This document shows positions 26,090 to 37,925 of a DNA stretch of 64,000 nt, piece after piece (the stretch's first letter is position 1; each line of letters begins with the position of its first letter). Under the pieces are notes generated by a model, which was given only the letters and a program-made list of their open reading frames with translations, made no database searches and was not told the origin of the DNA. The DNA is taken from the NCBI RefSeq assembly GCF_902713615.1, contig NC_052148.1, forward strand, positions 235,189,336 to 235,253,335. Reading direction: 5' to 3'. Both the position numbers and the translations under genes were made by a program. This stretch comes from Scyliorhinus canicula. Its lineage: Eukaryota.

Positions 26090-27010
26090 GGGCTGGATTC
26101 TCCGATTTTGCGGCTAAGTGCTGACACCGGCGTGGAAACTGTGGCATTTTACAACTCCACAATCGACGCCGAACCCTCACCGATCCTGGGAACGGTGAGG
26201 GGCTCGCAGGCACACCGGGTAAATCTCCCGGCTCCTGTGCCAAAACGGCCGTGGAATGGCCCGGTCCGTGGTCACGCATGCACACAGTGATGACCTGCAG
26301 CGGTCGCATTGTACAACATGTGTGGACTCGACGTGCCAAATACTGCCCCCCTGGTTACCCCCTGGCCACCCCCCGCAAGTACCTCCAGTCAGCAGCCCGG
26401 CGCACGGCTGACTGTGGTGGTGCTAGACACAGTCCGCAGCCGCCACGCCGGGGTCACGACCATTGAGACCACACGTCAACCACGCAGTCAGGAACTCGGC
26501 CTATCGGGGGCGGATCATCGGGGGAGGACCTTCCGATGATGCAGCAACACCGTTCCAATGGCGTGCGGTGCGCAATGCAATGACGCCATTATGGAGGGAT
26601 CGGAGAATAGAAAACCGGTGTCAAATCCAGGTTCGATTCCCGGCTTGCGCCACTGTCTGTGCGGAGTCTGCACGTTCTCCCCATGCCTGCGTGGGTTTCC
26701 GCCTGGTGCTCAGGTTTCCTCCCACAGTCCAAAGATGTGCAGGTTAGGTGGATTGGCCATGATAAATTGCCCTTAGTGTCCAAAAAGGATGGGCGGGGTT
26801 AGAGGGTTATGGGGATAGGGTGGAGGCGTGGGCGTATGCATGGTGCTTATCCAAGGGCCGGTGCAGACTCGATGGACCGAATGGCCTCCTTCTGTACTGT
26901 AAATTCTATGATTCTATAAACCGGCGCCGCCCCTGATTTTGGCGTCGGAAGTGATTCTCCACCCGATTGCAGATTACGATATTGGCGTCGGGCAACGGAG
27001 AATTCTGCCC
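26090..27010. mobile_element. GC-rich Harbinger-type MITE with nested SINE
   Basis: TIRs gggctggattctcc / ggagaattctgccc. Confidence 0.85.
26629..26917 (+). mobile_element. HE1-like V-SINE, 5'-truncated
   Basis: Starts at B-box ggttcgattcc; ttctatgattctat tail. Confidence 0.9.
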
Positions 27011-27029
27011 AATATGTTTTAGTCAGAGA

Positions 27030-27761
27030 GAGAGAGAATCATGAGCAGGAGAAGAAGCTCCATGTAACCAAGCACTGCTATTAATTCTGTGGAGCTGCAT
27101 TGAGAGGCTCCAGGGAATGAAGGCTAGGGAGAAGCTGTGCAGAGCAGTAGGTCGTGACTCTGTGCTGTGGGCTGTCGGGGCAGAGCAGTGGTGTTCTGAA
27201 TAGTCGGAGTTGTGTTTGCGAGTTGGTGCTGGAGTGCAGACTCGCGAATCCGTAGTCGCAGAGAATAAGATTGCAAACCTGGGAAATGAGCAGTCATTGA
27301 GGCAGTCCGAGTCGGAGCAAGCTTTTCAAGGGAATCCCGAGGCTGGACCTTCAAAAGGGAAAAGTGAAGGCTTGCAATCACTCATAGGTGAGACAGAATT
27401 TTAACGACATTCTATTAAGAACAGTGAACACTGATGTCTGGGTGGGTTGCTGAGAAATCCATTGGCTCTGTCATGGTCACATCTGCCATTAATTATGCAA
27501 TGTGATGTTTTCAACTACAGCTTGCCTGTTATTTCACATTTGCCTCAAGTTAATTCTTAATGTTACAGTGTAAGATAGATATTGTAAATTGTTTACCTTT
27601 CTGACTGTGTTTATTTTATTTGTTTAAAACTATGGAACCTTACGGCTTTATTCTCGGAGCAAATACATGTGATCTCAAACTTTGCCTACTTTAAACAAAC
27701 CGTTACTGGTCCCTTGCCGGCTCGTAACATGAATTTGGGGGTCTGGTTTTGGATCATAACA
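27030..27761 (+). mobile_element. Possible old Gypsy LTR remnant
   Basis: Ends cgtaaca..tttgggggtctggttttggatcataaca, loosely like LTR end plus tRNA-Pro PBS (TGGGGGCTCGTCCGGGAT). Confidence 0.35.
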
Positions 27762-28059
27762 GAGGGCAACACTTGAACTTGATTTACTCAACTCACCTGA
27801 ATGATTGTAGCTTTGGATTGATGGCTCCTGTGCTTCTCTCCTCTCCTAAACACTGCCTGCTGTCTCTGCTCTCTGCCGGGGAAAGGGGGGGGCGGTGGGG
27901 AGGGGGGGGCAGGACGCAGACAACAGACCAGGCAGCATTGTTAGTGCACCAGGTGGTCCAACCAGCCTTCTCTTCTGAATGGCAGGCTCCCGACTGGAGT
28001 GATATTGCACGAGTGACTGAATGCTGCCGGTGAATCAAGTGGCAAGATTGCAGAAGGGA

Positions 28060-28700
28060 GTGTGCTCGCGGGTTCAGTGAGACTTTGTGGGCTGAGACAG
28101 AGTCAAGGAGGGAGGCTCTATGTTCCTCAGGTGGACAGGAAGTCCTCATACATGACCCCGAGGAGAGAGTGGGAGCATGTCACCAGGGAGCTCTGGGGTC
28201 AAGGACATTGTAGCCGTGCTGGAAAAAGTACAATGACCTCAGGGGAACGGTCAAGGCAGTGTGAGTATATCTTCACAAGATATCACCTCCCCACCACACC
28301 ACCAATCTCTTACCTTTGCTTAATGCACCACACCCCCATCCTCGCCCAGCAACGGTCCTTGGCACATGGCACATCATTATTATTCCATACCATGCCTCAG
28401 TCACATACACGTTCTAATGTCGCCATCCATCATTGCTTCCACAGATCGCCAATCATGCATGTTAGCCACCACCCAAATACAGTGCCACACAATCACTGAC
28501 AGGCTGCGCCCTCTGGCGCACAGGAAAATTCCATGCACAATATCAGGGAGATCCAGAAAACCTGAGGGGGCTACATGTGTCCATCCCCTTAGCTTTCTGA
28601 AGGAGTGTTCCAGATTATGGGCCCAGTGGGAACAGAGCCTATGGCATCTAGTCCCACAGAGGTTATCCAGGATGATAACAACTGACCACCTCATGCCCCT
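28060..28700 (+). pseudogene. Second decayed Harbinger-associated Myb/SANT-like gene (donor gtgagt 28261, acceptor 28523)
   Basis: ARGFSE..SRREAL / RREWEHV / CWKKYNDLRGTVK; exon 2 ENSMHNIREIQKT*GG. Confidence 0.55.
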
Positions 28701-29513
28701 TCTCAACTCCCTCCTCACCTAATCCTGAGAAGTGACATTGAATGGAGGTTGTAGTTAGCGCGATCAACTGCTCTAACAACCTCTCCACCAATCCTTTCCT
28801 CAACCCAACCTTCTCCTTTTGATGGTGTGCTTTCATGTTTCCAGGACCTGCCGTCTAGACAACCTCAAACAGAGTGAAGAGGAAGGCCCATGACACTGGT
28901 TAGATGGCTCCATCACTTGACATTGCAGTCCCAATTATCAGCTCAGGTACTGGAACTGTGCATGCCTTCGAGTATGAGCACTTGGTGAGTTACCGGCAGA
29001 GGTAGACTATATCCAGGCCAAAGGGAAACTCAACTGTAATGCATTATCTGGTGGTCCCTGTCTCAACTTCTCCGACAGCCCAGGTGCAACCCTCCTCACT
29101 TCTCGGGTTGCAGTAGAAACTCAGCAGGGTGTGAGAAACATATTTGCTGCCAGACGCAGAGAGCTGCCATTGTGAGCACAGATCTCAGGGCACAGGAACT
29201 CTCCCAGCAATCCACCAATCTGCGCTCCAGCAGATTACTAGGATTGTAGAGTGCCATTGATGGGAGTGCCAGTGACCATGTGGAAAAACCCGTTTTCCTC
29301 TCTCAGGGTAGAAGCATTCAATCATCCAGTGCTATCACTTCGCTACTGCTCTGAGCCTGCAGAACCGCCAAGGCCATCTTTAATGAGCTACCATTGAAAG
29401 TCAGTTACCTTCCTTCAGCCATGTTATATGCACAAGGCACCACTGCATAGCATAAAGAAAGTCAAGGGCACTCGCCGAACAGACACTAATGCAACACATG
29501 TGGGTGAATACAG

Positions 29514-29838
29514 TCATAGAGTCAACACCCAAGGAGGCCATTTGTCCCTTTGAATCAATGCCAGTTCTCTTAGAGCAATCCAGTCAGTCCCATTTCACAC
29601 GTTACCTCAAGGGTACATCCAATTTTGTTATAAAATCTTTCAGCGCCTCTATTTCACCACCCTCAAAGGCAGCCGGTCACATGTCATTACCACTGGTTGC
29701 ATAAATAAGTTATTCCTCATATCCCACCCGCATCTCTTCCCAAAATCCTTAAATCTGTGCCCCTCAGTCCTCGTATCATCAGCTAATGGGAACAGCTTTT
29801 CAGGCCGACCTTAACAAAAACAGTCATAACTCTGCACA
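29514..29838 (-). mobile_element. CR1 3' end (left flank of satellite)
   Basis: Tail catagag..ggaggccatt, then ccttaaatctgtgcccctcagtc, colinear with CR1 at 46131-46500. Confidence 0.8.
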
Positions 29839-32800
29839 CCTCAATCAGACGCCCCTCAATCAAACCGCCCCTCAATCAAACCGCCCCTCATTCAAACTGC
29901 CCCTCAATCAAACCGCCCCTCAATCAAACCACCCCTCAATCAAACCGCCCCTCAATCAAACCGCCCCTCAATCAAACCGCTCCTCAATCAAACCGCCCCT
30001 CAATCAAACCGCTCCTCAATCAAACCGCCCCTCAATCAAACCACCCCTCAACCAAACCGCCCCTCAATCAAACCGCTCCTCAATCAAACCGCCCCTCAAT
30101 CAAACCGCCCCTCAATCAAACCGCCCCTCAATCAAACCGCTCCTCAACCAAACCAAACTACAATCAAACCGCCCCTCAATCAAACCGCCCCTCAATCAAA
30201 CCGCCCCTCAATCAAACCGCTCCTCAATCAAACCGCTCCTCAATCAAACCGCTCCTCAATCAAACCGCCCCTCAATCAAACCGCTCCTCAATCAAACCGC
30301 TCCTCAATCAAACCACACCACAATCAAACCACCCCTCAATCAAACCGCCCCTCAATCAAACCGCCCCTCAATCAAACCGCCCCTCAATCAAACCGCCCCT
30401 CAATCAAACTTCCCCATCAATTAAACCGCCCCTCAATCAAACTTCCCCATCAATCAAACCGCCCCTCAATCAAACCGCTCCTCAATCAAACTTCCCCATC
30501 AATCAAACCGCCCCTCAATCACACTGCCCCTCAATCAAACCGCTCCTCAATCAAACCGCCCCTCAATCAAACCCGCTCCTCAATCAAACCTCTCCTCAAT
30601 CAAACCAACCCTCAATCAAACCGCCCCTCAATCAAACCACCCCTCAATCAAACCGCTCCTCAATCAAACCGCCCCTCAATCAAACCAAACCTCAATCAAA
30701 CCACCCCTCAATCAAACCGCCCCTCAATCAAACAGCCCCTCACTCAAACCACCCCTCAATCAAACCACCCCTCAATCAAACCAAACCACAATCAAACCAC
30801 CCCTCAATCAAACCAAACCTCAATCAAACCAAACCTCAATCAAACTGCTCCTCAATCAAATCACACCTCAATCAAACCGCCCTTCAATCAAACCGCCCCT
30901 CAATCAAACTTCCCCTCAATCAAACCAAACCTCAATCAAACCAACTTGCAATCAAACTGCTCCTCAATAAAACCGCCCCTCAATCAAACCAAACCTCAAT
31001 CAAACCAAACCTCAATCAAACCAACTCTCAATCAAACTGCTCCTCAATCAAACCACCCCTCAATCAAACCGCCCCTCAATTAAACCATCCCTCAATCAAA
31101 CCACCCTCAATCAAACACCCCTCAATCAAACCACCCCCCAATCAAACCACCCCTCAATCAATCACCCCTAAATCAAACCACCCCTCAATCAAACCACCCC
31201 CCAATCAAACCAAACCTCAAACTAACTAATTCTCAAACAAACTTCCCCTTAATCAAACCAATCCTCATTAAACCAACCCTCAATCACACCAGCCCTCAAT
31301 CAAACCACACACTAATCAAACAAATCCGCAATAAAATATATCCTCAATTAAATCACCCCTTAAACAAACTAACCCTCAGTGAAACTGTCCCTCAATCAAA
31401 CCATCCCTCAGTGAAACCGCCCCTTAATCAAGCATGGGGCAGCACTTTGGCACAGTGGTTGGCACAGTTGCTTGATTCGCAGCTTGGGTGACTGTCTCTT
31501 TGGAGTCTGCTTGTTCTCCTTGTGTCTGCGTGTGTTTCCTCCGGGTGTTCTGGTTTCCTCCCACAGTCCAAAGATGTGCGAGGTCGGTGGATTGGTCACG
31601 CTACATTGCTCCGTAGCGTCCAAAAGGTAGGTGGGGTTACTGAGTTACGGGGATAGGGTGGAGGTGTGGGCGTAGGTAGGGTGCTCTTTTAGAGACCAGT
31701 GTAGACTTGATGGGCCAAATGGCTAACTTCTGCACTGTAAATTCTATGATTCTATGAAAATGTGGCATCCAGAATTGAGCACAATACTCCAGCAGAGAAT
31801 GAGAATTACTTCTTAGAACAGTACAGCACAGAACAGGCCCTGCCCCTCAATCAAACCATCCCTCAATCAAACCGCCCCTCAATCAAACCAACCCTCAATC
31901 AAACCGCCCCTCAATCAAACCACCCCTCAATCAAACCAAACGTCAAACAAACGGCTCCTCAATCAAACCACCCCTCAATCAAACCGCCCTCAATCAAACC
32001 GCCCCTCAATCAAACCACCCCTCAATCATTCCAACCCTCAATCAAACGGCCCCTTAATCAAACCGCCCCTCAATCAAACCACCCCTCAATCAAACCAACC
32101 CTCAATCAAACCACCCCTCAATCAAACCAACCCTCAATCAAACCGCCCCTCAATCAAACCACCCCTCAATCAAACCGCCCCTCAATCAAACCCCCTCAAT
32201 CAAACCGCCCCCCTCAATCAAACCACCCCTCAATCAAACCGCTCCTCAATCAAACCGGCTCCTCAACCAACCAAACCCCAATCAAACCGCCCCCTCAATC
32301 AAACCAAACCTCAATCAAACCAAACCTCAATCAAAACGGCTCCTCAATCAAACCAACCCTCAATCAAACCGCCCCTCAATCAAACCGCCCCTCAATCACA
32401 CCGCCCCTCAATCATTCCAAACTCCATCAAACTGCCCCTTAATGAAACCGCCCCTCAATCAAACCGCCCCTCAATCAAACCAATCCTCAATCAAACCACC
32501 CTCAATCAAACCGCCCCCTCAATCAAACCAACCCTCAATCACACAAACCCTCAATCATTCCAACCCTCAATCAAAACCCGACCCTCAATCATGTCCAACC
32601 CTCAATCAAACCAATCCTCAATCAAACCATCCCTCCATCATTAGCCAACTCTCAATCATTACAACTCTCAATCATTCCAAACCCGCAAGCAAACCGCCCT
32701 CAATCAAACCGCCCCCAATCAAACCAACCCTCAATCAAACCGCCCCTCAATCATTCCAACCCTCAATCATTCCAACCCTCAATCAAACCAACCCTCAATC

Positions 32801-34030
32801 ATACCAACCCTCAATCATACCAACCCTCAATCAAACCACCCCTCAATCATTCCAACCCTCAATCAAACGGCCCCTTAATCAAACCGCCCCTCAATCAAAC
32901 CACCCCTCAATCAAACCAACCCTCAATCAAACCACCCCTCAATCAAACCAACCCTCAATCAAACCGCCCCTCAATCAAACCACCCCTCAATCAAACCGCC
33001 CCTCAATCAAACCGCCCCTCAATCAAACCGCCCCTCAATCAAACCAACCCTCAATCAAACCGCTCCTCAATCAAACCGCTCCTCAACCAAACCAAACCAC
33101 AATCAAACCGCCCCTCAATCAAACCACCCCTCAATCAAACCAAACCTCAATCAAACCGCCCTCAATCAAACCACCCCTCAATCAAACCAAACCTCAATCA
33201 AACCGCCCCTCAATCAAACCGCCCCTCAATCATTCCAACCCTCAATCAAACGGCCCCTTAATCAAACCGCCCCTCAATCAAACCGCCCCTCAATCAAACC
33301 AACCCTCAATCAAACCACCCCTCAATCAAACCGCCCCTCAATCAACCAACCCTCAATCACACAAACCCTCAATCATTCCAACCCTCAATCAAACCGACAC
33401 TCAATCATTCCAACCCTCAATCAAACCAACCCTCAATCAAACCATCCCTCAATCATTCCAACTCTCAATCATTCCAACTCTCAATCATTCCAACCCTCAA
33501 TCAAACCGCCCCTCAATCAAACCGCCCCTCAATCATTCCAACCCTCAATCAAACGGCCCCTTAATCAAACTGCCCCTCAATCAAACCACCCCTCAATCAA
33601 ACCAACCCTCAATCAAACCGCCCCTCAATCAAACCAACCCTCACTCAAACCGCCCCTCAATCATTTCAACCCTCAATCATTCCAACCCTCAATCAAACCA
33701 ACCCTCAATCATACCAACCCTCAATTATACCAACCCTCAATCAAACCAACCCCCAATCATACCAACCCCCAATCATACCAACCCCCAATCAAACCAACCC
33801 CCAATTATACCAACCCTCAATTATACCAACCCCCAATCAAACCAACCCCAATCATATCAACCCTCAATTATACTAAACCTCAATCAAGCCTACCTTCAAT
33901 CAAACCAACTCTCAATCAAGCCAACCCTCAATCATTCCAACCGCCAATGACACCAACCCTCAATCATACCAATCTTCAATCAAACCTACCCTCAATCAAA
34001 CCAACCCTCAATAATTACGACCCTCAATCT
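29839..34030. repeat. 16-bp tandem satellite, consensus CCTCAATCAAACCGCC, about 235 units by length, interrupted at ~31433-31840
   Basis: Directly visible; 16-aa periodic pseudo-ORFs NQTAPQSNRPSIKPPL. Confidence 0.98.
31436..31757 (+). mobile_element. HE1-like V-SINE inserted in the satellite
   Basis: ggggcagcac head, V-domain, attctatgattctatg tail. Confidence 0.9.
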
Positions 34031-34330
34031 AATTTGCTCCAATGTGAACAACCGCAGCTTCTTCAACCTAACCAAGTAACTTAAAATCCCTCATTCCTGG
34101 AAACATTTTGGAAAATCACTTATTCACCATTTGAAGAACCTTCACATGTTGTGACCAAACTAGATTCAATACTGTAGTTGTAACCTAACCAGAGCTTTGT
34201 ATAGGTCCAGCATACCTTCCCAGCATTTGTACTCAATACCTCTCTTTATGAAGTCGAAAATCCCAAGTACTTTGTTAATTAATCTTTCAGTATATCTACC
34301 TTCAATAATCCCTGCATATGCACCAAAAGA
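34031..34330 (-). mobile_element. CR1 ORF2 continuation (right flank of satellite)
   Basis: FIKRGIEYKCWEGMLDLYKALVRLQLQY; colinear with 46520-46800. Confidence 0.85.
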
Positions 34331-34508
34331 TTCTTCACCCTCATTCTTCAAATCCATGGACAGAATTTTGAGCCTGCGTTAGCTGTCATTGTAAACGGCA
34401 ACGCAGGCCCTAATCTCACGACAGTCCGCAAAAGAGATTCTCACCCCCGGCCATGATGTAATGAGGTTCCTGCCCTCTCTGACAAAGCTTTTTGTTATCT
34501 GACCAAAT

Positions 34509-35200
34509 GGGCGGAATTCTCCGCCCACCGGGTCGGAGAATCGGCGCCCGCCACTCGAATCGCGCCACACCACCCCGACGTCGGGACGCAGTTCTCCGTA
34601 ATGCGTGGTCAGCATGGCACCGATCAGGATATGCGCCAACTCTCTGGCCCCGGGCCGGCACGGGCTAGCGCTTCGAATCTCCAGCCCGGATGGGTCGAAC
34701 GGCATCATCAAAAAGCCGAGTCCCGCCGGCGCCGCTCTAACATTCTCTGAGCCGGTGGGACCTCCGGCCTTGAAGAGTCCTGGAAGGCAACCTGTGGGGG
34801 GGAGTGGGGGTCCGACTCCGGGGGGGGGGGGGGGCCTCCATAGTGACCTGGCCCGTGATTGGGGCCCACCAATCGGTGGGCCGGCCTCTGTTCCCGCTGG
34901 CGTCCTTTCCTCTGCTCCGGCTCCTGTAGCTCTACGCCATTTGGCGTCAGGGCCACCGCGGGGAAGAAGGCCACTGTGCATGCGCTAGTTGGCACCATCC
35001 CAACTGCACATGTGCGGACCCTGCGGCGCCGAGGTCAGGCCGTGTTCGGCAGCTGGAGCGGCCTGGGCCTGCTGCAGCACCGTCCTAGCCCCCTGTGAGC
35101 CGCAGAATGGGGTCCTGGAACGGGCGGCAACGCCGCAGTAAAACACTCACGTTTTTTCTCCGGCGTCGGCACTTCACCGCCCGTTGGGAGAATCCCACCC
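34509..35200. mobile_element. GC-rich Harbinger-type MITE
   Basis: TIRs gggcggaattctcc / ggagaatcccaccc; central poly-G. Confidence 0.85.
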
Positions 35201-35519
35201 AAATATCTTCTAACATGGCTCGGTGTCATACTTTGGTTTAAAATGGTTCGATGAAAGTCTTTGGGATGTTTCATTATGTTAATAAGCTGCTGTTGTTTGT
35301 CAGCATTCACATTAAAAGTATAACATATTTAACGTTAGGTTTTCAGTACACAAATACAGTGGTGGGAGTGGCCTCAGGATGTGCCCATTCCCCATTTAGT
35401 CTTGGTTGTAATTGCGGTAGTCGTCAACATGTGTCTTAGTACTCTGTCATCTCAGACCATGGAATGTGTAAGTATCCAATGCACATTTCCAGACAGATCC
35501 TTACCCCACATGACAAGCA

Positions 35520-36390
35520 CGTTTCAAGCATAGCAAAAGGTATGTATAATCATGCTGATGACTTTCGGTGACCAGCCAACTTTATTTTTGTTCCCATGCA
35601 TAGGCCCAGGAAGAGTCTGTTGAGGACAAAGTCCTGTGTTATAAAGCTGCTTGGATAAACCTTGACAAAATGACCGCACTTTTTTTGCAAGTACACATTC
35701 CAGAAGGAGGTAGCCGATGATATCCTGCACATCATGGTCATCGTGCCGACAGTGTGCAGTGACACTGAGACTTTGGGTGTGCAGGAAGGATCGGATGGGA
35801 GAATGCTTCCTCACTATGAGCCAATCAACGTCTTGAAGCTTGTTCAATAAATATGAGAACACAGCAATCTGCCCGGGACATCGTTTCTTGGATCCATCAT
35901 CTCCTTTCTCAAACAAAACCCTCCAATGACCACCCCTGATCAACTTGAGATTAACATGTTCTTCTGGAAACATTTCTAAGAGGGTCAGCAATTCGGTACA
36001 CTTTAACTGAATAAAGTGCTTCACAGCAATAGGGCCCAACTCATCCTGCTCGACATCCAGAGCAGATAGAACCTCATCACATGGTGACACTTGGTATTTC
36101 CCAGGGAAGTGTAAACAACGTTTGATGCAGCTGGACACAAATTCTGCCGTCAGCCAAGGATAAGATTGGATTTTTTTTACCTTTATATCTGGAGATTTGT
36201 AGATCATTTCACTGTGGAGAAGGTCCATTTTGAATTTCCAAATAAAGTGAAAGCTAGCTTGGATGGTTGCTATGGAAAAGTCTGAAGCTTGAAGTCGAGT
36301 CGCCCTGTCAAAATGTCCTGCTAGCGGGCTGAAGTACCTTGTATGTAATCCAGAGGTTCTCAGCATGATAGAGAGGGACTTCAAGGGATT
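35520..36390 (-). mobile_element. Tx1-like (L1 clade) ORF2 C-terminal region, decayed
   Basis: FHFIWKFKMD..MIYKS, FVSSCIKRC, alternative frame NTKCHHVMRFYL, LNKLQDVDWLIVRK.SPIRSFLH..AHC..LLLECVLAKKV (zf-RVT-like), alternative frame PSSFITQDFVL. Confidence 0.75.
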
Positions 36391-36992
36391 AAAGGCTTAC
36401 ATGGAAGGCAGGAGTTTGCTAAACGGTAGAAGTGATATTAATATGAGGCAATAGGTTGATAATTTGGGGGAAACAGTAGGGTAGCGGTACTGTTACTCTC
36501 TCTTACACAGCAATGTGGCTGGCTTTTAAATAACCCCTGAAATGGCTGAGCCAGTCATTTGCGAGTTCAACTAGTTAGGTTAAGACTCAAGGTAGGATAT
36601 TTAGCTGCTTCTATTTTTTTTTAGTCGTTCATGTGATGTGGGCATCACTTGCAAGGCCCATATTTATTGCCCATCCTTAAATGCCCTTGGGAAGGTGCTG
36701 GTGGGACTGGTTGGAAAAATAACTGCATGCTAATGACACCTGCTGTTAATAATGCGCAAGTTCAGAGGATTAGGAGATGGATTGTGAGTCAGGTTCCAGA
36801 ATTTGCTGATCAAATGACACTGCTCCTCTGCTTGCTTCACACAAATGGTATCTCAACTTTGTCTCTAATTTAAGTCAACTACTTGTTGAATTTCAATATT
36901 GAACCATTAAACTCAATTACCGGCATCATTTATTAACAGCATAAGTATCTTTGTAAAGTATGATACTTGTTAATTTAGTGTCAATCACCATG

Positions 36993-37844
36993 GGGACGGT
37001 CTAACCGAATTGCAACCGAGTCCCATGTTGAGAGCGTTTAGCCTGGTGTTTTCCCGATGCTCGCAGCACTGAGAAAGACCATGATATTGAACGGATTCTG
37101 TTGCAGTCCAGGGCCTCAGCAGGCAATGCCCCACCGAGGCAGCATTTAGTCCCATTTCCTGCACTGAGAAGCATCGCTTGCCAAAACTCCTCAGTGCAAG
37201 AGATATTTTAAATAGTGCCCTGATCTCTCAAACCCCCAAAGCCCCAACTCACCTATAAGGGTTCTCAGGCCCCTAAGCATGCCACCCCACAAGGAATGGG
37301 CACCCCGGGCCTATCCCCAGCACAATGCTAGCCTGACAACTTGGCACTGCCAGACTGGCACCCAGGCAGTCTCCTGCCACTGCCACCTATGAACCTTAGC
37401 AGTGCCAGGCTGGCACTCAGATGGCACCAGCAGTGCCAGGGTTCCACCCTGCTAGGAGGCCAATCACCCAGGGGCCTCAGATCCCCGGGGCTTTGCCCCT
37501 TTGCCCCCCCCCCCCCCATGTGCCATTCTACCTGGTCTCCATTTGTGGGGATCAGTACTGAACGGTGCTTGCCTAAGATCTCTGAGGTGAAGGGGTTAGA
37601 TCCCAACGCCTCAGATAGATCAGGTGAGTGCATATTAGAGTGAGACTAGCTACTCACCCTAATATGCAGATTTGCCAAATACTGATCCCGCCCACAATGC
37701 ACGGGATCCAGATCGTGACATCACACAAGATCCCGTAAGATCTCGCAAGATATGGCGAGACAGGTAAATCCTGGAAGAGGTCGCTGCCGGCATCTACCAG
37801 CTGCTTCCCCATTGGTGAAGGACACGTCTAGTAGATTGTGCCCC
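36993..37844. mobile_element. MITE of a second Harbinger-type subfamily
   Basis: Imperfect TIRs gggacggtcta / tagattgtgcccc; TSD ATG; interior related to 41340-42607. Confidence 0.7.
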
Positions 37845-37925
37845 ATGTTCACCCAGAAAGGGAACAATTTAAAGTATTTAACCTCATCATTTCAGGTAGT
37901 GAACTCTTCTTAGAGATTTGAAAAC

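Noticed and set aside
29786-33950. Three long P/Q/S/N-rich ORFs (212, 226, 502 aa) as mucin- or extensin-like genes
   Set aside because: They arise from a stop-free 16-bp repeat whose period is not a multiple of 3; no signal peptide, splice context or unique domain
29839-34030. CRISPR array or telomeric repeat
   Set aside because: No unique spacers, eukaryotic context, and the unit is not TTAGGG
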